24,406 nucleotides of DNA from a virus (lineage: Duplodnaviria > Caudoviricetes): positions 1 to 24,406 of IMG/VR virus record IMGVR_UViG_3300031759_000137; one strand, given 5' to 3'. Positions within the stretch are counted from its first letter, which is position 1. Each line of letters opens with the position of its first letter. A program made the position numbers and the translations under genes. The notes beneath the pieces were generated by a model. That model was not told where the DNA came from. It did not search any database and saw nothing but the letters and a program-made list of their open reading frames with translations. Of this stretch, positions 15,302 through 22,195 are shown piece by piece.

Positions 15302-16120
15302 ATGAAACACTTTATATACAAAACAACTCACATAAACGGCAAATACTATATTGGAAGACATAGTACAGAAAACATCAACGATGGCTACATTGGGTCCGGT
15401 CTTTGGCCTAGTTCTATAAAAGATAAATCCACACTAACTCGAGAAATACTTGAATATGCTGATTCGGTTGAACAGGTAACAAGACTCGAAGGGCAGTATC
15501 TAGCAGAACATTATGGCAAACCGGGTTGCATGAATCAAACTGTAGACCCTATTGGGTTTGATACAGATAATAATCCAATGAAAAATCCAATTATAGCAGA
15601 AAAAATTGCCGGCGATAATCACTATATGAGGAAAAATCCGCAAGCAAGAGAAAATAGTAGACAAAAGCAAAATAAATTAGTTCAGGAAGGTAAGCATAAT
15701 TTACAAGGCGATCGCAATCCAAACAAGGATGGCCGTAACGCTAAAAAAGCATATGAGAATGGCAATCACGTCTGGCTTAAGAATAATCCAAGTATATGGC
15801 GTAGCGAAGCAGGTATACACCACTGGCAAAATGGCAACAGTCCTAACGCTGGCGGCAAATTAAACAAAAAACTTGTAGAAGCCGGAACACACAATTTACT
15901 TGGGCCCGAGCACAATGCCAAACGAATCAAAGAAGGTACACATAACCTGCTCGGTCCAAGTTCGAATCTAGACAGGCTCAAAGCCGGTAATCATCCAAGT
16001 CAAATAAAAAAAACTTGCGAGCACTGTGGAAAAACTGCAAGCGTGAGCATGTATACACGATGGCATGCTGACCGTTGTAAACAATCCCCCAACAACACCC
16101 CCAAGAAAGAAACAAAATGA
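15302..16120 (+). CDS. Free-standing Seg-like GIY-YIG homing endonuclease
   Basis: Start corrected to ATG 15302 (the track's 15059 start runs through gp23 and the terminator). FIYKTT...KYYIGRH, YIGSG, REIL...E, N; then GxH repeats and a C-terminal CEHC...RWH...C zinc finger. Confidence 0.85.
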   Translation: MKHFIYKTTHINGKYYIGRHSTENINDGYIGSGLWPSSIKDKSTLTREILEYADSVEQVTRLEGQYLAEHYGKPGCMNQTVDPIGFDTDNNPMKNPIIAEKIAGDNHYMRKNPQARENSRQKQNKLVQEGKHNLQGDRNPNKDGRNAKKAYENGNHVWLKNNPSIWRSEAGIHHWQNGNSPNAGGKLNKKLVEAGTHNLLGPEHNAKRIKEGTHNLLGPSSNLDRLKAGNHPSQIKKTCEHCGKTASVSMYTRWHADRCKQSPNNTPKKETK

Positions 16121-16398
16121 AAGACACTGAAATTGTAGAAGTACTAGCCGATGGCACCATCAACCATTTTGATTTGGATGTATGCAATGCCGCTGCTGAC
16201 GAGGCCTTAGAGCTATTGTGGGCCAAAGAAAATACCGTGCTGTCGTTTGACTACACAGCCGCGGTTTTTAGCCTGTTCGTAGACTCTATCAATATCTTGA
16301 GTAATTCTGGATGGACCACACAGGAACTACTACAGGAAGTACTTGATCACTCCGAAGCCAACGACAACATCGGCGACCCAGATTGTGAGGACGACTAA
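16117..16398 (+). CDS. Hypothetical acidic protein (93 aa)
   Basis: ATGA overlap with the endonuclease stop. No motif recognised. Confidence 0.65.
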   Translation: MKDTEIVEVLADGTINHFDLDVCNAAADEALELLWAKENTVLSFDYTAAVFSLFVDSINILSNSGWTTQELLQEVLDHSEANDNIGDPDCEDD

Positions 16399-16465
16399 CC
16401 GCGCCCGCTGGCACGGTGCTAACTGCAAATACCACCTGTGACATGGCGTAAACCCTTGGATCTGC

Positions 16466-16471
16466 TAAATA
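16466..16471 (+). promoter_or_regulatory. Late promoter core TAAATA
   Basis: Upstream of the AAGGA SD and ATG 16495. Confidence 0.55.
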
Positions 16472-16494
16472 GGTTATCAGATAAGGAATAGATC

Positions 16495-17034
16495 ATGGTA
16501 GCACCATTACAAATAGGCGGTGGCATTTCAATAGGCGGTAGCATTAATATCGGAAATTTTGCAGAGGTACCTAGTTTTACCATAAATTCATTTGAGTTTG
16601 CGTCAGGCGAATCTTACGGCGGCGGATTACAGCCACAAGGTACCAATGGCACTGGCGGATTTATTAATCCGGCTACTGGATCGTTAGAAGCAAGCGGATA
16701 CGCATTTATTACGCCAACAAGCGAACTTATAACTATTTTAGATACAGCATTTGCAGCCGCCGGAATACCAACAGACGGTTCTACTTATGCGTGGAATGTT
16801 ACTTGGGGAGCAGGTAGTACAACTTCTTCTGGTATAGTTCGTTTAGGTTGGAACAACGGAGGACAGACATTGATTATGTCAGTAATGAACCCTAGCGACA
16901 ATAGCTGGCAAAATCCTCCAACCGGCTCTAATTATGAATATGCCGCAAGTTTGATTGGCACTTTTTTACTGCCAGCAACCTTCACAGCTTATACTCCATT
17001 AAATCAAGTTGGCTCTGCTAACGAATGGTGCTAA
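16495..17034 (+). CDS. Hypothetical protein, probably virion-associated, with an N-terminal IGGGISIGGSINIG motif
   Basis: Late promoter and SD. Gly/Ser/Thr-rich beta-type composition. Confidence 0.65.
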   Translation: MVAPLQIGGGISIGGSINIGNFAEVPSFTINSFEFASGESYGGGLQPQGTNGTGGFINPATGSLEASGYAFITPTSELITILDTAFAAAGIPTDGSTYAWNVTWGAGSTTSSGIVRLGWNNGGQTLIMSVMNPSDNSWQNPPTGSNYEYAASLIGTFLLPATFTAYTPLNQVGSANEWC

Positions 17035-17044
17035 ACTATAACTG

Positions 17045-17716
17045 ATGATAACACTAAGACCCGCTAACACTCGCGGCAATCCTAGAGCACCATTTATCAA
17101 CAGTTATCGTACATTTAGTTTTCCGGCTTACTACGATAGTCGCTATATGAACTATAGCAATCTACAAACCATAAACGATGACCGTGTACAGTATGCCTGG
17201 CAGGTGCCTTGGCACGAACACAAAAACATGGAAATCTTTGGCTATGTAGTCGAAGGGTCAAGTCATCATGTAGACAGCTTAGGTAATGATGTAGAAGTGC
17301 CTGCCGGTGCTGTTCAACGCATGAGTGCCGGTAGAGGTATTAGTCACACAGAAGGCAACACAGCAGACCGACCTAATCGCTATCTACAGTTATGGATACA
17401 ACCTAACATACTGGACACAGAACCCGAACATGCCTGGCATCAGTTTACTCGCGAAAATAAACTAAATCAGTTTTGCAATATCACTGAACGGCTACCTATT
17501 AAACAGGATGCCCGTTTACTAGCTGGTATTTTTACTGAAAACTATACCTATGCTATTGACACTACTCGTCATTACTATCTGTATGTGGTGTCGGGCACAG
17601 CTACCATAAACGGCCAACCTGTTATAGAAGGCGATGGTTTAAGTTTTGAAAATGAAAACAGGATTGAGATCGTCAATCCTGTAGAGTCTGAAATTATTGT
17701 TTTTGATTTAGTTTAA
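17045..17716 (+). CDS. Pirin-family bicupin (YhhW / quercetin dioxygenase-like)
   Basis: S..TFSF..YYD, INDD.V, H.H..MEI..YV.EG...H.DSLGN, VQRMSAG.GI.H.E.N and LQLWI.P; metal ligands H, H, H, E present. Confidence 0.92.
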   Translation: MITLRPANTRGNPRAPFINSYRTFSFPAYYDSRYMNYSNLQTINDDRVQYAWQVPWHEHKNMEIFGYVVEGSSHHVDSLGNDVEVPAGAVQRMSAGRGISHTEGNTADRPNRYLQLWIQPNILDTEPEHAWHQFTRENKLNQFCNITERLPIKQDARLLAGIFTENYTYAIDTTRHYYLYVVSGTATINGQPVIEGDGLSFENENRIEIVNPVESEIIVFDLV

Positions 17717-18861
17717 ATCTTAAACAATTTTAAATGATTATGAATTCTATCAACGGGCGAGGACCAATCGCCTATTTGTTCTTGTCTGAACAATCTAGCA
17801 CTAGGATACCAAGGACTGCTATCTCTCTTTAGTAACCAACGCCAGTCAAGGCCAAACTGATTTAGAGGAATCCAAGTAGGACGACCCAGTGCGCCAGCTA
17901 GGTGTGCCATGGCAGTGTCTACACTGACAACCACATCTAAATGAGCAACCAAGGCTGCGGTATCAGAGAAACTGTTGATTTCACCTGGGAAACAGCGCAC
18001 ACCTAATTCACCTAACTTGGCATCCTGCTCGGCAGAGCAGTCATACTGTAAATTGAACCATTCATAGTCACTGTTTCTGGTAATAAGATCAATAGCATTG
18101 TCAAACTTCATGGCCTTGTGTTGATTGATCCAGGAGTCAGGACGACCTGACCAGCAGATACCTACACGCAGTTTTTTCTTTAGGCCCAAACGAATCTGCC
18201 AGTCTTTGACCTTTTGTGCATTGGGCATAATGTATTGTAGTTCATGGGCCATGTTATCAAGGTTGACTTTTAGTATGCCCGGAATACTCATAATAGGAGT
18301 CCAGTAGTCAAACTGTTCTGGTACTTCGTTAAGGCGTATAATTGTGCCGACCTGTTGTTCTTGAAATAGCGGAATTAATGGGTCAGCTACCTGCATAAAC
18401 ACATTAGCACCTTGGCCTCGCAAAATTTTCAAATATCTAAAAAATTGCAAATTGTCACCGTGCCCCTGTTCGCCCATGATCAAAATAGTTTTGTCTTTTA
18501 GATCCTGACCAGACCAACGAGGTTGTGTGTATTTTGGCAACTGTCCTGCTAAATGTTCGTACTGCCATCGCCATTCGTATTCAGGCCAACCGCGGTCATA
18601 ATCACCCATCAGCAAATAGGCCACTGCTAGGTTAAAATGTCCGGTTACAAAGTCTGGTGCCATAGCAATGGCATTTTGTAAAAACGGAACGGCCCGTTCT
18701 GGGAATCCGCACTCGCGAATCACATTACCGTAGTTGTTAAATGCCGATACAGAATTTGGATCTTCGATCAGTGCTGTAGCATAGCATTTTAAAGCATCCG
18801 CTGGCTGATGATTAGCCCGATACTCATTACCTTTTTCGATTAAATCTGCAATAGTTGTCAT
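17713..18861 (-). CDS. TPR-repeat protein fused to a GT9/heptosyltransferase-like GT-B glycosyltransferase
   Basis: N-terminal TPRs (AFNNYGNV, GHFNLAVAYLLMGDY..GW.EYEWR), EQGHGD..QF.RY, VGICWSG, DVVVSVDTAMAHLAGALG.PTW and DWRW....SPWYPS.RLFRQ. Likely start ATG 18861 (or 18867). Confidence 0.88.
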   Translation of the reverse strand: MTTIADLIEKGNEYRANHQPADALKCYATALIEDPNSVSAFNNYGNVIRECGFPERAVPFLQNAIAMAPDFVTGHFNLAVAYLLMGDYDRGWPEYEWRWQYEHLAGQLPKYTQPRWSGQDLKDKTILIMGEQGHGDNLQFFRYLKILRGQGANVFMQVADPLIPLFQEQQVGTIIRLNEVPEQFDYWTPIMSIPGILKVNLDNMAHELQYIMPNAQKVKDWQIRLGLKKKLRVGICWSGRPDSWINQHKAMKFDNAIDLITRNSDYEWFNLQYDCSAEQDAKLGELGVRCFPGEINSFSDTAALVAHLDVVVSVDTAMAHLAGALGRPTWIPLNQFGLDWRWLLKRDSSPWYPSARLFRQEQIGDWSSPVDRIHNHLKLFKI

Positions 18862-18866
18862 GAACA

Positions 18867-18872
18867 TATTTA
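18867..18872 (-). promoter_or_regulatory. Late promoter core TAAATA (minus strand)
   Basis: 5 nt upstream of ATG 18861 on the minus strand. Confidence 0.5.
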
Positions 18873-18909
18873 ATTCAGCCTGCAACGACCAAAATATTTG
18901 TTTTACCCA

Positions 18910-19003
18910 TAAATACTTGATCAACGCAATCCTGCGTTTTATGCTGATGATTAATACCCAACAGCGTAGCGGCTAGAACCCGCATCGGACTTCTTTAAGG
19001 AGA
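18910..19003 (+). promoter_or_regulatory. Late promoter TAAATA (18910-18915) followed by a three-hairpin structured 5' leader
   Basis: AACGCA/TGCGTT 18923-18938, TATGCTG/CAGCGTA 18940-18968, GCGG/CCGC 18969-18983, then an AAGGAG SD. Confidence 0.55.
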
Positions 19004-19010
19004 AAACAAA

Positions 19011-20045
19011 ATGGGTCGTCCACTTAAAATACAAAAATATTCCGCCGGTTCCGGTGATACAAGCAAAAATGGTGTAGGTGTTGCCATTGACCAAGGCTTC
19101 CCACAGTTTGCCAATGTAGAAGTGCCTGTAGTTCCTACTGGCATGACCAGCTCAGAGTTCTTGGGTGTAGTCGGCGGTGCTAATGCACTTAACGGAACCA
19201 GTATTGCTAGTTCTGCATTTCCTGTAGTTAAAATTATAGCTAATGTTAATGGACAGCAAGGCAATGCATACATTATTACACAAAAAGGTCAGACCAAGTA
19301 TTTGGTTTCTGGTGAAGACAGTGTGTATGCTAACAACCTTACAACAGGTTATTCATATCAAATTACTAATCTAGGTACAGGCACAAACTGGACACAGTTA
19401 GGCGCTGGTGTTAATCCACAGCCTGGACAAGTGTTTACTTGCCAATTACCACTAGGTTCTGGTACTGGTAATGGTACAGCCAGTGACGCAGGTCAATGCA
19501 CTTTGGTAACTAGTAATGTGCTAACAACCGGACAGATGAATATGACATTCCAGTCAGGTGGTAATTTAGTTTATGCAAGTCGCTTGACTAACAAGTACAT
19601 TTTTGACGGATCAACTCCTCCAAATCGTTACGCTGTTAACTTCTTTGCTCCTGAATCTGCTGCCGCTATTGCCAATGTTAATATTACAGGCAATGCTGGT
19701 ACATTTACAAGTAATGCATACTCTACCTACACAGTCGGTAGTACAATTACTATTAGTGGCAATCTTTCAAATGTGGCAACTGGTAATATCTCAGGATACA
19801 CCAGTCCAAGTACATACTACATTACTGCTACCAATGGAACTACAACATTTACATTGAGTACAACTGCAGGTGGTGCTAATATTGTTACTACCGCTGGTAA
19901 TACCACTGGTTGGACATTCACAGCTGAAGGCGCCGCTACAACTGTAGTTAAATCTGGTGCAGACAATGCAACTTGGGTAGGTACAAGTGGACCTGCTAAC
20001 ACAGGTAATATTTCGTTAGCACAAGTTTCTAACTATACATCTTAA
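19011..20045 (+). CDS. Virion structural protein (paralog 1, MGRPLKI...NYTS)
   Basis: Late promoter, strong SD, Gly/Thr/Asn-rich beta composition. Aligns by eye end-to-end with the next ORF. Confidence 0.75.
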   Translation: MGRPLKIQKYSAGSGDTSKNGVGVAIDQGFPQFANVEVPVVPTGMTSSEFLGVVGGANALNGTSIASSAFPVVKIIANVNGQQGNAYIITQKGQTKYLVSGEDSVYANNLTTGYSYQITNLGTGTNWTQLGAGVNPQPGQVFTCQLPLGSGTGNGTASDAGQCTLVTSNVLTTGQMNMTFQSGGNLVYASRLTNKYIFDGSTPPNRYAVNFFAPESAAAIANVNITGNAGTFTSNAYSTYTVGSTITISGNLSNVATGNISGYTSPSTYYITATNGTTTFTLSTTAGGANIVTTAGNTTGWTFTAEGAATTVVKSGADNATWVGTSGPANTGNISLAQVSNYTS

Positions 20046-20060
20046 TAGGAAAAAACTAAT

Positions 20061-20765
20061 ATGGGTCGTCCATTAAAAATAAAGAAAACCAGTATTGTAA
20101 ATGCTGGTTACCCACAGTATGGTAATATCTCAGACGGAACTCCTCCAGCTAGTCCTTGGACTAGCCAGGACTTCGTTGGTGTAGTTGGAGGTATGGAACA
20201 AGTTGCTACAGCAACATTTCCTGTGGCCAATGTTACAGTTTATCTTACAGGTAGTAGTGAGCAAAATGGAGTTATTCTGCGCCAAAAAGGCCAGAGTACA
20301 TTCTTAGTTGCTCAAAATACCACGGTATATGCTAATGCATTAGTAGCAGGTCGTAGCTATGTGATCAACACTGTTGGTACTACTAACTGGGGAACAGTTG
20401 GTGCTGGTGGCCTAAGTAAAGGTAATAATCCTAGTGTTACCACTGGCGATATCTTTACAGCCACGGGTGCTGGTACCGGCACAGGCACAGCGCAACTAGC
20501 AGGTCGTTGTGTTTTGGCCAATGTTTCCGCAGGCAATTTAACACCTGGTACAATGACAGCTACAGTTACAACCGCTGGTAATACTTCTGTATTACTTAAT
20601 CGTATTACAGACCACTGGGGTATAGGGTTTGATGGTACTCAGTACTTGCTCAACTTCTTTGAAGCCAGTGCAAATACAGCAGTCAAAGCTGGTATTGATA
20701 CACCTACTAGTACCACAGGTGATGATACAGTACCAATGGTTGTGCTTAATAATTACACTTCGTAA
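20061..20765 (+). CDS. Virion structural protein (paralog 2, MGRPLKI...NYTS)
   Basis: Shares MGRPLKI, F.GVVGG, QKGQ...LV, VYAN.L..G.SY.I...GT.NW...GA, G.GTG, NFF and NYTS with paralog 1. Confidence 0.75.
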   Translation: MGRPLKIKKTSIVNAGYPQYGNISDGTPPASPWTSQDFVGVVGGMEQVATATFPVANVTVYLTGSSEQNGVILRQKGQSTFLVAQNTTVYANALVAGRSYVINTVGTTNWGTVGAGGLSKGNNPSVTTGDIFTATGAGTGTGTAQLAGRCVLANVSAGNLTPGTMTATVTTAGNTSVLLNRITDHWGIGFDGTQYLLNFFEASANTAVKAGIDTPTSTTGDDTVPMVVLNNYTS

Positions 20766-20783
20766 TCCTAAAGTTTTACCACC

Positions 20784-20809
20784 AAAATCCCGCTTCGGCG
20801 GGATTTTTT
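20784..20809 (+). terminator. Intrinsic terminator with a C(UUCG)G tetraloop
   Basis: AAAATCCCGC-TTCG-GCGGGATTTTTT; UUCG-capped terminators are typical of T4-like phages. Confidence 0.9.
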
Positions 20810-20837
20810 ATGATTTATCCTAGCTGTTAAAAACACA

Positions 20838-20843
20838 TAAATA
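20838..20843 (+). promoter_or_regulatory. Late promoter core TAAATA
   Basis: Directly after the terminator, before the AAGGA SD and ATG 20862. Confidence 0.6.
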
Positions 20844-20861
20844 ACAAAAAGGATTCTATAG

Positions 20862-21464
20862 ATGACCACATACAAAAATACCAGCGGTGACTTTACTTTA
20901 ACTTGCCAAAACGGCAATGGTATTTTCACAATTAATGCTCAGACAAACTTCCTTGGAAATGTAACCTATAATGTACCGGCTACTACCAGTACTCCGTTTA
21001 TTACAGTAGCTGCCAATAATACTGGTACTATCCAGGACATGGGTCTTATTGCACAAATTAATCCGTCTAGTTTTGCAGGACTGAGATTTGATGTTGCCGC
21101 AAATACCTGGCAAATCAGTTCCAGTGTTAGAGCAAACGGTGCTCCTATTGCGGCCTATACCGACATTGGTGGCAGTACCGGAAACGCCGCAGGTGGTAAT
21201 ACACAGATTCAGTTTAATCAAGCAGGTGCATTTGGTGCCAGCGGAAATTTAACTTACGACTATGCTAACAATGCATTGACACTACAAGGTTACGAAGTGT
21301 TAGGCAACATTGGAGCCACCCCTGGTACTACTCCAACAAATGCTGTGGCAATTTACAACAGCACAGTAGGCGGTGGCGGCACTGGTGTATATGTATTGTC
21401 AACCGAAGTCAATGACGAATTGATTAGTAAAACACAAGCTATTGTTTATAGTTTAATATTTTAA
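20862..21464 (+). CDS. Virion structural protein (fibre/baseplate-associated)
   Basis: AGLRFD...NTWQ and GGNTQIQFN.AG.FGAS motifs common in phage fibre proteins. Late operon context. Confidence 0.65.
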   Translation: MTTYKNTSGDFTLTCQNGNGIFTINAQTNFLGNVTYNVPATTSTPFITVAANNTGTIQDMGLIAQINPSSFAGLRFDVAANTWQISSSVRANGAPIAAYTDIGGSTGNAAGGNTQIQFNQAGAFGASGNLTYDYANNALTLQGYEVLGNIGATPGTTPTNAVAIYNSTVGGGGTGVYVLSTEVNDELISKTQAIVYSLIF

Positions 21465-21473
21465 GGAATAATT

Positions 21474-21791
21474 ATGACCCTATCAGTAACAGGAAACATA
21501 ACAACATCAGCTGGTAATGTTTATGTAAGTAGCGGAAATACCGCAATTACTTGGTTAAGTATCTGCAACACATCTGCTGGTAATGTTTTGGCAAATGTGT
21601 TTGTTGTGCCAAGCGGATTTTCTTCTGGATCTACTACACAGGTATACCAAGATTTGTTAATGGTACCTGGAGAAACTTATCAAATTTATGCTGCCGCAGA
21701 AAAATTGATCTTGGCTGATCAAGATTCTGTGCAGATTCAATGCAACACAAGTAGCGCACTAAACGCAGTCACTTCATATACATCAATTTAA
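21474..21791 (+). CDS. Small virion structural protein
   Basis: AAGGA SD. All-beta pattern ICNT......NVFVVP...EKLIL...D. Coupled to the next gene by TAATG. Confidence 0.65.
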   Translation: MTLSVTGNITTSAGNVYVSSGNTAITWLSICNTSAGNVLANVFVVPSGFSSGSTTQVYQDLLMVPGETYQIYAAAEKLILADQDSVQIQCNTSSALNAVTSYTSI

Positions 21792-22192
21792 TGGGTTACT
21801 TTGTAAAGAATCGCCGACTGCAATCTGGTAGCACTGGGGTCATCTTGCCCACAGGCTCTACAATTCAACGACCAGAGTTTCCTGCATTTGGCCTTATAAG
21901 ATACAACACCGACAGTGGCATGGTGGAGTATTTTGACGGAACAATGTTTCAAAGTTTATTGACCGGTGCTAACTTTACCTATGTGGTAGATAACTTTACC
22001 GGTGATGGCGTTTCTACCACATTTGGACCAATGAGTCAAGCAGTAGCGAATGCCTCTAATATTATTGTTTTCATTGGTGGTATCTATCAGATACCTGTTA
22101 CCAATTACACGGTTAACGGCACAGTTGATATTACATTTACATCGGCTCCTCCATTAAATGCAACAATTAATGTGATACACACTCAAGGATAA
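21791..22192 (+). CDS. Virion structural protein with a LP.G.T.QRP / G.IRYNT motif and a GDG..TTF domain
   Basis: LPTGSTIQRP...GLIRYNTD....EYFDG followed by FTGDGVSTTF...VFIGGIYQ.P...YTV.G..ITFTSAP; both modules recur in T4-like baseplate and fibre proteins. Confidence 0.7.
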   Translation: MGYFVKNRRLQSGSTGVILPTGSTIQRPEFPAFGLIRYNTDSGMVEYFDGTMFQSLLTGANFTYVVDNFTGDGVSTTFGPMSQAVANASNIIVFIGGIYQIPVTNYTVNGTVDITFTSAPPLNATINVIHTQG

Positions 22193-22195
22193 TAT

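Noticed and set aside
18944-19006. Second hammerhead candidate (CTGATGA ... GAAA)
   Set aside because: No stem II joins the two core strands, and the GAAA is part of the SD/spacer.
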